Below are positions 43,181-51,315 of a stretch of 54,349 nt of DNA, piece after piece. Each line of letters starts with the position of its first letter. Position 1 is the first letter of the stretch. Made by a program: the position numbers and the translations under genes. This stretch comes from Candidatus Iainarchaeum sp. (lineage in GTDB: Archaea; Iainarchaeota; Iainarchaeia; Iainarchaeales; DTGL01): NCBI GenBank assembly GCA_017608575.1, contig JAFCFP010000002.1:1-54349 (forward strand), given 5' to 3'. The notes under the pieces are model-generated. The model saw only the letters and a list, made by a program, of their open reading frames with translations, was not told the origin of the DNA and made no database searches.

Positions 43181-44386
43181 TCACTTTGTTGAAAAATATT
43201 CTGAAATTACCTTTTCCGCTGGACTGTCTTTAATGTTCGCAAAAATGCTTTCTTCTTCCATGTTCCAATTCATTATTAAAATGCCTGAACAATTTACTTC
43301 ACTTGATTCGAGAATTTCAAAAAGTGACTTGAAGAATTCAGCTTGCTCTTTCCGTTTTTTTTCATTTGCTGGTTTAATTCCATAAATCCACACTTCGCTT
43401 ATATACCATGGCCTATTTTGCTTTTTACTTAGTTCTTGCATTATTCCAATTGCCTCTTTAGTGCTTTTAACAAATTGTTGCTTGCTTACTTTATCAATCT
43501 GTGCACCTATAAGCATTCCCACTAAGTCAAAACCAGATAAATTCAAATCAAGAACAGAGTCTTTTACACCAACAAAAACATCTCCAAGCTGGGTTGCCAG
43601 TTTGCCTTTAAAAAACTTTCTTGCAGTAGCTGAATATTTCTTATAATAATCGTTTAACAATTGAACTGTTTCTCTTTCCTGCAATTGAATCCCTGAATCC
43701 ATTCTAATAACATGGTCTAATTCACCGCATGGATTAAGATATTCAAATTTGTATTTTTCTGCCAGTTCCGAAACCATTGCAACAATTCCATTCCATTCAT
43801 TTAAGGCATTTACTAATTCTTGTTTATTCTTAAATCCTTTTTCGGGAAAAAAACCAGCACTTAAATGAACTGCTAACCCTTTTTTCTTTGCAAGCACTCC
43901 ATCAGACATTGTTGCTCGTAAAAAATTGTCAACCGTTTCAAAATCCGGGCCAGGTGGTTTAAATTGTCCATTTCGGTAAACAAACGTAAGCCTTATCTCA
44001 TAAACATTAACATTAATTCTTTCTTTCATTGAAAAATTATCCTCAATTATTTGTCTCGCTTTATAACCTCTTTCACCAATCCAAAGACCTTTTGCAACAG
44101 CTCCTTTAAGAAAAGAAACATTTTTTCTCTCTAAGTCATTTGCACTAGCATTAATCAAATACCAAGAAGGCATTTCATGCCAATCAAAGTTTTCAAGAGA
44201 AACCATTCCCTTCGAATGATTTTGCATTACTGACTGCCCAAAACCAGAACCATTCCTTTCGCTTACTGTTTCTCTATGGAATGAAAAAAAATTGTGTGGA
44301 ATTTCAACACAGCCAAAAAGAAAAACAAAAACAACAACGCCAACTAAAAAACTCTTAAACAAACCCCTTTTTCCAACAGCACACAT
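43181..44386 (-). CDS. membrane-anchored extracytoplasmic hypothetical protein, distant paralog of 40594-41634
   Basis: 401 aa with an N-terminal TM helix. LNEWNGIVAMVSELAEKYKFEYLNPCGELD and FFKGKLATQLGD...NLSGFDLV are colinear with LDELTPLVLKWALIAEDYDIEMFCPVNEPQ and FHGKIAFEVQG...NLTGYDYV. Confidence 0.5.
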   Translation of the reverse strand: MCAVGKRGLFKSFLVGVVVFVFLFGCVEIPHNFFSFHRETVSERNGSGFGQSVMQNHSKGMVSLENFDWHEMPSWYLINASANDLERKNVSFLKGAVAKGLWIGERGYKARQIIEDNFSMKERINVNVYEIRLTFVYRNGQFKPPGPDFETVDNFLRATMSDGVLAKKKGLAVHLSAGFFPEKGFKNKQELVNALNEWNGIVAMVSELAEKYKFEYLNPCGELDHVIRMDSGIQLQERETVQLLNDYYKKYSATARKFFKGKLATQLGDVFVGVKDSVLDLNLSGFDLVGMLIGAQIDKVSKQQFVKSTKEAIGIMQELSKKQNRPWYISEVWIYGIKPANEKKRKEQAEFFKSLFEILESSEVNCSGILIMNWNMEEESIFANIKDSPAEKVISEYFSTK

Positions 44387-44435
44387 GCAAAAAAATTAAA
44401 ATAAAAGTAATTAAAAATAATTATACAACTTCAAA

Positions 44436-45797
44436 TCATTCCACCGGCTCAAACCATGCAGTGAAATGCCTTAAAGGACCTTCACCTTTTACAATCCTGT
44501 AACCATGCACTGAATCCTTTCTCTCAGCAATACATTTATGCACTTCAATTACGTCATCCATGTGAGCGTTAGTGTAAACCCTGCGGGGAATCGCCAAACG
44601 CGTTAGTTCCAATTCAGGGAAATGCATTTTTCCCTGCTCATCTTTTTCAGCAAACATTACCGAACCAATTTCCACTGCCCGAATGCCTCCCTCGCGATAC
44701 AATTCAATTGTAAGCGCTTGACCCGGGAACTCTGCCTGTGGAATGTGCGGCAAAAAAGTTTTTGCTTCAACATAAACCGCGTGACCGCCAGCAGGCCACA
44801 CAACCGGAATACCTGCCTTTTTCAAGCCAGAAGCAAGGTATTGAGTTTGAGCAATCCTGCTCTGCAAGTAGTTTTCATCCAATCCCTCCAAAATGCCACG
44901 CGCTAATGCTTCAAGGTCACGTCCAGCCAAACCACCATAAGTTGGAAATCCTTCCATTAGAATAAGGCGAGCCTTGCATTTCTCAAACCAATCATGGTTA
45001 TTCATTGCAAGTATGCCGCCAATATTCACTATTGCATCTTTTTTGCCTGAAAAAGTGCAACCGTCAGCATAAGAAAACATTTCTTGAGCAATTTCCAATG
45101 GGCTTTTATCAGAATAACCTTTCTCTCTAGTTTTAATAAAGTATGAATTTTCAGCATAACGACATGCATCAATGAAAAAAGGTTTTTTGAAATCCTTGCA
45201 AATCTCGCTTACTTTGCGAATGTTTTCCATTGAAACCGGTTGACCGCCACCGGAATTGTTTGTCACAGTTAACATTACTAATGGGACATTGTCAGAATTC
45301 ACTGAAAGAAATTCTTCCAGTTTTTTTACATCCATGTTTCCTTTGAATGGCCTGTCTTCAAAAGGCTTTGATGCATCCTTGCAGGGAAGGTTCACTGCCT
45401 TGCCGCCATTTGCCATTATGTTTGCACGCGTTGTATCAAAATGCATATTATTTGGCACTAACATTCCGGGCTTAATTATTGACGAAAACAATACGTTTTC
45501 AGCTGCTCTTCCTTGATGACAAGGCAAAAAATGCTTAAATCCAAAAACCTTTCTAACCACTGATTCCAAGTTTTGAAAATTCCTGCAATTGGCATAAGCT
45601 TCATCACCCAACATTATGCCAGCCCATTGATTTTGAGACATTGCTCCAGTGCCAGAATCAGTTAACAAATCAATGTAAATATCTTGAGAGCGGACATTGA
45701 AAATATTAAAATGCGCTTCTTTAATGCGTTGTTCTCGTTCTTGGCAGGACAAAATTTTAACCGGTTCAACCATTTTAATCCTAAAAGGCACAACCAT
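44436..45797 (-). CDS. tnaA: tryptophanase / tyrosine phenol-lyase family beta-eliminating lyase (PLP)
   Basis: PFRIKMVEP, DIYIDLLTDSGTGAMS, NMHFDTTR, YADGCTFSGKKDAIVNIGG (PLP lysine), LPHIPQAEFPGQAL and RLAIPRRVYT. It shares blocks with both TnaA and TPL. Confidence 0.88.
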   Translation of the reverse strand: MVVPFRIKMVEPVKILSCQEREQRIKEAHFNIFNVRSQDIYIDLLTDSGTGAMSQNQWAGIMLGDEAYANCRNFQNLESVVRKVFGFKHFLPCHQGRAAENVLFSSIIKPGMLVPNNMHFDTTRANIMANGGKAVNLPCKDASKPFEDRPFKGNMDVKKLEEFLSVNSDNVPLVMLTVTNNSGGGQPVSMENIRKVSEICKDFKKPFFIDACRYAENSYFIKTREKGYSDKSPLEIAQEMFSYADGCTFSGKKDAIVNIGGILAMNNHDWFEKCKARLILMEGFPTYGGLAGRDLEALARGILEGLDENYLQSRIAQTQYLASGLKKAGIPVVWPAGGHAVYVEAKTFLPHIPQAEFPGQALTIELYREGGIRAVEIGSVMFAEKDEQGKMHFPELELTRLAIPRRVYTNAHMDDVIEVHKCIAERKDSVHGYRIVKGEGPLRHFTAWFEPVE

Positions 45798-46360
45798 TAC
45801 TTGATTCCTCCTTCACTAAAACGCTTAATTGCTTCAAGCAAGTTATCCACTAATTGAGGCAGTCTTTCAATTGCATCCTTTTCTTTCAATATTTCTTCCG
45901 GTTTCTCTTTCCCTATAAGGTAAACTATGTCCAGTGTTCTAATTCCAAGCGCGTGGAAATAACTACGAATGCATTCAGCATTGTGCTCTATTCCTCCACC
46001 CAAAGGAGAAGCACCAATTGAAACAATGCTTGCAAATTTTTTTGAAAACTTGCTTGTTTGGCCAAAAAAAACATCCGTTCTGTCAATAAAATTCTTCAAA
46101 ATGCCCGGAGGCATTCCGAAATAACTTGGAGAAACAAAAATATAAGCAGAAGCAGTTCTAAATTTTTCCAACAATTTGGGCATGTCATCTTTCGCTTTAT
46201 CGTGACCTTCATGCCATGGCTGAATGTTTTTTTCACTCAACAAAACAAGCTCCGGCACAGCTTTTCCTTCAAGCAATTCAACAAGTTTTCTTGAAACCAT
46301 TTCAGAATTTGCCTTTCGCGGACTACCGCACACAATTAAAATCCTGGGTTCTTCTTTCAT
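45797..46360 (-). CDS. NAD(P)H-dependent FMN reductase / flavodoxin-like oxidoreductase
   Basis: ILIVCGSPRKANS loop and IFVSPSYFGMPPGILKNFIDR. No Isf Cys cluster. The stop overlaps the tnaA ATG (TAATG). Confidence 0.72.
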   Translation of the reverse strand: MKEEPRILIVCGSPRKANSEMVSRKLVELLEGKAVPELVLLSEKNIQPWHEGHDKAKDDMPKLLEKFRTASAYIFVSPSYFGMPPGILKNFIDRTDVFFGQTSKFSKKFASIVSIGASPLGGGIEHNAECIRSYFHALGIRTLDIVYLIGKEKPEEILKEKDAIERLPQLVDNLLEAIKRFSEGGIK

Positions 46361-46426
46361 GAAACAATTTTAATCAAAAAACAATAAAAAACAGTGCCTT
46401 ATTCTATTACTTATCAAACCAGTAAA

Positions 46427-46552
46427 GGGGCTGTGGTGTAGTTTGGTCGAGCATACCAGCTTCGGGAGTCAAAAAACTACGTTTTTGACACTTTTCCTTA
46501 AAATAAACGACCGGAAAAGCTGGCGACTTGGGTTCGAATCCCAACAGCCCCG
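46427..46552 (+). tRNA. tRNA-Pro: tRNA-Pro (anticodon CGG) with 51-nt intron at 37/38 (46467-46517)
   Basis: Hand-folded. Acceptor GGGGCTG/CAGCCCC; D stem GTGT/GCAT with a GG loop; anticodon stem CCAGC/GCTGG; loop TTCGGG|intron|A; T arm TTGGG-TTCGAAT-CCCAA. No encoded CCA. Confidence 0.85.
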
Positions 46553-46558
46553 CTCTGC

Positions 46559-46569
46559 TTTTTCTTTTT
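46559..46569 (+). terminator. T5-C-T5 tract after the tRNA
   Basis: tttttcttttt starts 7 nt after the discriminator base. Confidence 0.35.
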
Positions 46570-46656
46570 CAAAAAAAAGGCTAAGTTGCCTAAAAGTTGA
46601 AGAGCAAGAACAATGATTTGGAAAAGAATTCAAACCACAAATGGAGCTCGAAAGAC

Positions 46657-46833
46657 TCATTCCTGTTCTTCTGTGAAGAATTCGAGTTTTCCGCATTTAG
46701 TGCAATGGTAAATGAACAAAGAGCTTGCTTTTTCCAGTAAGTCCTCTGATAAAAACATTGAAAGCATTGGATAATCCGCGAGGGAAAATTCTTGCAATAA
46801 TTTCATTTTTCCATTACAATTAGGGCATTTCAT
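46657..46833 (-). CDS. unlisted 58-aa zinc-ribbon protein
   Basis: MKCPNCNGKMKLL...YHCTKCGKLEFFTEEQE* has two CxxC pairs. The ATG overlaps the stop of the upstream VIT-like gene (TAATG). It is below the track cutoff. Confidence 0.6.
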   Translation of the reverse strand: MKCPNCNGKMKLLQEFSLADYPMLSMFLSEDLLEKASSLFIYHCTKCGKLEFFTEEQE

Positions 46834-47423
46834 TATAAAGCACCCAGCAAAGTTGACAGTAACAATGCAATCATTCCAGCCAAAAGCATTTTGGCTCCCA
46901 TTAAATAAAATGGCTGTTTTGAAATTGCTCCCAAAAAAACGCCAAGAAAAAACAATAAAGCCAGAGCAATACTGATTGATGCATAAATTGCCATCATAAT
47001 TCCAATAAAAGAAAAGTGAGCCAGAATAAAGGGCGATGTAATTATTAAAGCCATTAGAAAAGGCGACAAGCCGTTAACTAAGGCTGCTTCAGTTGCCAAA
47101 ACCCTTGTTGCTCTACCCAAGCGGGATTTTTTAAGAGAGTGCAGCATTCCTTTTTCGAGTTCGTGCAATTCACGCATTCTTTCAGCTCCTTCTGCCAAAT
47201 ACGCTGAAGAAAAACCAGAAATGAACAAAGCAAAAGCAGTGGATAACGCGGTTATAATGAAAATTTTGGGTTCTTGCACTTGCGCCATAAAGGCACCCAT
47301 TATTACGCCGATTGATGTAAGAGTTCCATCAAATGCATTCATTGCAAAATAGCGGCGCAGCATCTCCCCAATGTTTGACATCTTGTTAATTTTGTTGAGC
47401 TCGCGTAAAAAACGAAGAGACAT
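46833..47423 (-). CDS. VIT1/CCC1-like membrane protein (putative Fe/Mn transporter family)
   Basis: 196 aa. AMNAFDGTLTSIGVIMGA resembles the VIT-family NDGLxS motif. There is a charged helix (ERMRELHELEKGM) and C-terminal TM helices. Confidence 0.55.
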   Translation of the reverse strand: MSLRFLRELNKINKMSNIGEMLRRYFAMNAFDGTLTSIGVIMGAFMAQVQEPKIFIITALSTAFALFISGFSSAYLAEGAERMRELHELEKGMLHSLKKSRLGRATRVLATEAALVNGLSPFLMALIITSPFILAHFSFIGIMMAIYASISIALALLFFLGVFLGAISKQPFYLMGAKMLLAGMIALLLSTLLGAL

Positions 47424-47442
47424 TTATTTACCTCAATTTACC

Positions 47443-47739
47443 TCAGTGAGAGTATTCTGCTTCTTCGACTATTTTTGAACCCTTTTTTCCAGTGGAAACC
47501 TTGTCAACGCTGTGAATTGTTCCGCCATTGTCTTCAATTAAAGCGTTGAGTTTTTCAAAATTAATATCAGTGCCTTCAACTGTTATTTTCACGTTTTCCA
47601 CTTTTTTGTCTATTTCAATAAGGGTGATATTGCACCCTGTTACTCCAGGCAACAAGGCTATTTCCTTGCTTAAAGCAACCATTCCTGGCTTGTGTGGTTT
47701 AAGAACATCCAAAACCAGTCTTTTAACATACACTGACAT
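47443..47739 (-). CDS. DUF211-family protein
   Basis: 98 aa. RLVLDVLKPHKPGMVALSKEIALLPGV...ITVEGTDINFEKLNALIEDNGGTIHSVDKV matches the DUF211 pattern. Confidence 0.7.
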   Translation of the reverse strand: MSVYVKRLVLDVLKPHKPGMVALSKEIALLPGVTGCNITLIEIDKKVENVKITVEGTDINFEKLNALIEDNGGTIHSVDKVSTGKKGSKIVEEAEYSH

Positions 47740-47878
47740 TCTGTATTAATGTAGCAATAAAGGAATTTAAACCTTTCATGTGCTTTTTTGGAAAAAAACC
47801 ATAGAAACAGGGAGCGGTAGAGCTCACTAAAAAAAGTGTTCCGCAAACTTTAAAAATTCCTGTGCACTATTTGGTTTA

Positions 47879-49585
47879 GTGGTTGGATTGAAAGGAAAAA
47901 GCCTGCTTAAAAGCATTTCAGCAAAAATGAGTGGAGAATTTTACACACCAATTCCCAAGGGATACAAAGTAGGCAGGACAAAATATGTAATTGTTACCGG
48001 CTCTGTAATGAGTGGTCTCGGAAAAGGCACTTTGACTAGTTCTTTATGCAAATTGTTCGCTGACCTTGGACTGAACGTTGAACCAATTAAACTCGAAGCA
48101 TACTTGAATGTTGACGCCGGCACACTGAATCCTTTCAGGCACGGTGAAGTGTTTGTATTGGATGACGGCACTGAAACAGATATGGACCTGGGAAGCTATG
48201 AAAGGTTTGTGGACAAAAACTTGAGCAAAGAAAACTTTGTTACAAGTGGAAAAATTTATCAGCGAATAATTGAAAAGGAAAGAAAAGGCGGTTATCTGGG
48301 AAGGGATGTGCAGTTTATTCCGCATGTAACAGGAGAAATAAAAAAAGTGCTCCGGGACTTGGCAGTGAAAAAGAAACCAGATATAATTGTTATTGAAATT
48401 GGTGGAACAGTTGGAGACTATGAAAACATGTTTGCATTGGAAGCAATACGCGAGTTAATGTTTGAAGAAGGGCCCAACAATAGCTGTTTTGTGAATGTTA
48501 CTTATATTATTGAACCTCCAAGTTTGGGGGAATTTAAAAGCAAGGCAGCACAGCTCGGCATAAGAAGGCTTGCCAGCATGGGCATTCAACCAGACATAAT
48601 TATTTGCAGGTCTCATTCACCGATTCCAAAAACAGTGAGGGAAAAAATAAGCATTAATAGCAGTGTTCCAATGGAACACGTAATTGGAGTGGAAGACATT
48701 GAAAAAATATATGAATTGCCATTGGAATTAAGAAAACGCGGAGTTGACAAAAAAATAATTGAAATCGTTGAATTGGAAAAAAAAGCAAAAAGAAACGGAA
48801 ACAAGAGATTGGTTGAATGGACCAAAAAAAATCGTGTTTCAAAAAACGCTAAAAGGATTAAAATCGGTCTTGCTGGGAAATACACTGGAGTGCACGATGC
48901 ATACATTAGCATTCTTAAGGCACTGGAACACTGTGAGGGAGCATTAAAGGTGAACATTGACATTGAATGGATTGAAACAACCGAAATTGAAAAACACCCA
49001 GAAAAATTAAAAGAACTAAAAAAGCTTGACGGCATAATTATTCCCGGCGGATTTGGAAAACGCGGCAGTGAAGGAAAAATATCGGTTGCGGGTTATTGCA
49101 GAAAAAACAATATTCCTTACTTGGGGCTCTGCCTTGGATTTGAAGTGGCAGTTATTTCCTTTGCAAGAGATGTGTGCGGTTTAAAAAAGGCAAACAGTAC
49201 TGAATTTGAAGCAAACTGTGCAGAGCCAGTGATTGACTTGTTGCCAGAGCAATTGCAAATTGAAACAATGGGGGGAAACATGCGCTTGGGTGGACAGGAT
49301 GTTGAATTAGTGCCTGGAACAATTGCTTGGAAAATACATGGAAAGAAAAAAATTATCCGCAGGAGATTCAGGCACAGGTGGGAATGCAATCCACAATACA
49401 TTAAAGTGCTTGAAAAACACGGAATGGTTTTTTCCGGCAAATACCCAAAAAAGCCAATAATGCAATTGCTTGAACTTCCAAAACACAAATTTTACATGGC
49501 TTCACAATTCCATCCAGAGTTCACTTCCCGCCCCCTAAAACCAGATCCATTGTTTTACCATTTTATAAAGGCAGCAAAAGGGTGA
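47879..49585 (+). CDS. pyrG: CTP synthase
   Basis: KYVIVTGSVMSGLGKG, YLNVDAGT and GEVFVLDDG in the synthase domain. LGLCLGFE (catalytic Cys) and HPEF in the GATase domain. Start is GTG 47879 or ATG 47927. Confidence 0.93.
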   Translation: MVGLKGKSLLKSISAKMSGEFYTPIPKGYKVGRTKYVIVTGSVMSGLGKGTLTSSLCKLFADLGLNVEPIKLEAYLNVDAGTLNPFRHGEVFVLDDGTETDMDLGSYERFVDKNLSKENFVTSGKIYQRIIEKERKGGYLGRDVQFIPHVTGEIKKVLRDLAVKKKPDIIVIEIGGTVGDYENMFALEAIRELMFEEGPNNSCFVNVTYIIEPPSLGEFKSKAAQLGIRRLASMGIQPDIIICRSHSPIPKTVREKISINSSVPMEHVIGVEDIEKIYELPLELRKRGVDKKIIEIVELEKKAKRNGNKRLVEWTKKNRVSKNAKRIKIGLAGKYTGVHDAYISILKALEHCEGALKVNIDIEWIETTEIEKHPEKLKELKKLDGIIIPGGFGKRGSEGKISVAGYCRKNNIPYLGLCLGFEVAVISFARDVCGLKKANSTEFEANCAEPVIDLLPEQLQIETMGGNMRLGGQDVELVPGTIAWKIHGKKKIIRRRFRHRWECNPQYIKVLEKHGMVFSGKYPKKPIMQLLELPKHKFYMASQFHPEFTSRPLKPDPLFYHFIKAAKG

Positions 49586-49589
49586 ATGC

Positions 49590-50243
49590 TTGCTTGGAAA
49601 ACTTAGAAAAAAAACAAAACCACTGCCTGTTTTTCTGGCAAAACCATTTGCTGCAATTGGCATTCACCCAAACATTGTTTCATTTTTGGGAATGCCATTG
49701 GCATTAATCGCTGCATTCTTTATTTTTCAACAACACTACTTGCTGGCATTACTGTTTGTAGTGCTTGCAATAACAATGGATTTAATTGACGGCAGCGTTG
49801 CAAAGCTCAGCGGAAAAAAAAGCTATTTTGGAAATTACTTGGAAACAATGATTGACAAATACGTGGAATTCTTTTTGTTTGCTGGTTTTGTTTTTGCTTA
49901 TCCATTGGAAACCGTGCTTGTAGTGGGGTTTTCCTTAATTGAAAGCTATGCAAAGCCACGTGTTGCACTTGTAATCATTGCAGATAACAGAGATTGGCCT
50001 GCAATCGGAGAACACGCAGATAAAATGGTTCTATTAATGGCTGGCTTGATTGCGTCGAGTTTTTTTCCAAAAATAATCGGCTTTCAAACAATGCGGTTGT
50101 TTTTATGGCTGATTATTGGAATGGTTTTCATTGGTGGAATTCAGCGGATTCTTTATGCTAAAAAACTTATAAGGAATGCAGCAAAAAAAGGCACTATACT
50201 GCCATATCTTAAAAAGGGTTTGGGACACAAACCTATAAAATAA
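49590..50243 (+). CDS. CDP-alcohol phosphatidyltransferase-family membrane protein
   Basis: DLIDGSVAKLSGKKSYFGNYLETMIDKY is DG-x2-A(K)-x8-G-x3-(E)-x3-D. TTG start 4 nt after a GGGTGA SD. Polytopic. Confidence 0.72.
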   Translation: MLGKLRKKTKPLPVFLAKPFAAIGIHPNIVSFLGMPLALIAAFFIFQQHYLLALLFVVLAITMDLIDGSVAKLSGKKSYFGNYLETMIDKYVEFFLFAGFVFAYPLETVLVVGFSLIESYAKPRVALVIIADNRDWPAIGEHADKMVLLMAGLIASSFFPKIIGFQTMRLFLWLIIGMVFIGGIQRILYAKKLIRNAAKKGTILPYLKKGLGHKPIK

Positions 50244-50268
50244 ACACTCTTATTGGAGGTGTTTTTTA

Positions 50269-50595
50269 GTGGTTTCATTCGATCAATTTAAGGAAATTGA
50301 CCTCAGGATTGCAAGGATTTCAAACGTTGAAGAAATTGAGGGAAAAGACAAACTCTACAAGCTCTCAATTGATTTGGGTTCAGAGCAGAGAACAATTGTT
50401 GCAGGAATCAAGCCATTTTACAAAAAGGATGACTTGGTTGGAAAAAACATTGTTGTTGTAGCAAACCTTGAACCGGCAACAATTGCTGGAATTAAAAGCG
50501 AAGCAATGCTTTTAGCAGCACGAAACTCAGAAAACGGCTATTCACTTGTAACAATTGATTCAAGTAATGTAGAACCAGGAACAAAAGTGGAATAA
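50269..50595 (+). CDS. tRNA-binding domain protein (CsaA/Trbp111/EMAP-II-like OB fold)
   Basis: FKEIDLRIARI...KLYKLSIDLGSEQRTIVAGIKPFY...LVGKNIVVVANLEP. GTG start 7 nt after GGAGGTG. Confidence 0.85.
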   Translation: MVSFDQFKEIDLRIARISNVEEIEGKDKLYKLSIDLGSEQRTIVAGIKPFYKKDDLVGKNIVVVANLEPATIAGIKSEAMLLAARNSENGYSLVTIDSSNVEPGTKVE

Positions 50596-50636
50596 AACTG
50601 CTTTTTCCGTTTTTTTAATTCAAAACAGGCGCATGC

Positions 50637-51308
50637 ATGACTGCAAGAAAACCACGCAAAACAAAATCAAATCAAGCAATTGCCAGTGAAAAAAAAGCAC
50701 TTGCAAGAATAGCGCAACGTGCGAGGCAAAAACCCAAAAAAAAACGCTTGATTGTGCACTTGGGAAACATTGATGATTTTAGGAAAATTCGTTTGAGTTG
50801 GGAGACAAGGGCAAAACCCCGTGAAGCAGCAAAAACTGCTGAATACGCTGACCGCTTTAAAGGCATGCATTTTATTGGCATTGACCAGTTGGAATTAAAA
50901 GAAACACTTTCACAAAACTGGACTCAGTTTAAAGCGGATTTCAAGGAAGGGCTTGAAAGACTTAAGGATAACTCAGTTGACCTAATAAGCTCCGAGATGT
51001 CTCTTGGTTATTATGGGCCAAAATTTGAAGGCATTAGGCAAAGCCTTAAAGGAAAAGGATACAAAAAGCACACTTACAGAACAATGGAGGTTGCATTCAG
51101 GAAACTAAAACGGGGTGGAAAAATTCACATTGTTGTTGCCGGCACTACTTCGGAACTCATTGTAAGAGCATTAAAACGCGCTGGCTTTGAAGAGAAAAAA
51201 ATAAAAGTGGAGCTTTTGCCACCCACAATGGGCAAAACACGTTGGCTGAAAGGTCCAGCAAGAAAGCAAAGGAAAAGAAAATTTTACCACATTGTAGCAG
51301 TAAAATAG
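50637..51308 (+). CDS. hypothetical protein, weak class-I methyltransferase-like layout
   Basis: 223 aa with a basic N-terminus. HFIGIDQ, VDLISSEMSL and KLKRGGKIHIVV loosely follow SAM-MTase motifs II, IV and post-I, but no clear GxGxG. Confidence 0.3.
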   Translation: MTARKPRKTKSNQAIASEKKALARIAQRARQKPKKKRLIVHLGNIDDFRKIRLSWETRAKPREAAKTAEYADRFKGMHFIGIDQLELKETLSQNWTQFKADFKEGLERLKDNSVDLISSEMSLGYYGPKFEGIRQSLKGKGYKKHTYRTMEVAFRKLKRGGKIHIVVAGTTSELIVRALKRAGFEEKKIKVELLPPTMGKTRWLKGPARKQRKRKFYHIVAVK

Positions 51309-51315
51309 GCAAATT

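Noticed and set aside
43098-43385. 95-aa plus-strand ORF after vapC
   Set aside because: It is out of frame with the phosphoesterase relic and antisense to the 3' end of the 401-aa gene. No SD and junk-like sequence.
46469-46696. 75-aa minus-strand ORF
   Set aside because: It overlaps the tRNA-Pro gene and its intron. The downstream part is better explained by the 58-aa zinc-ribbon gene in another frame.
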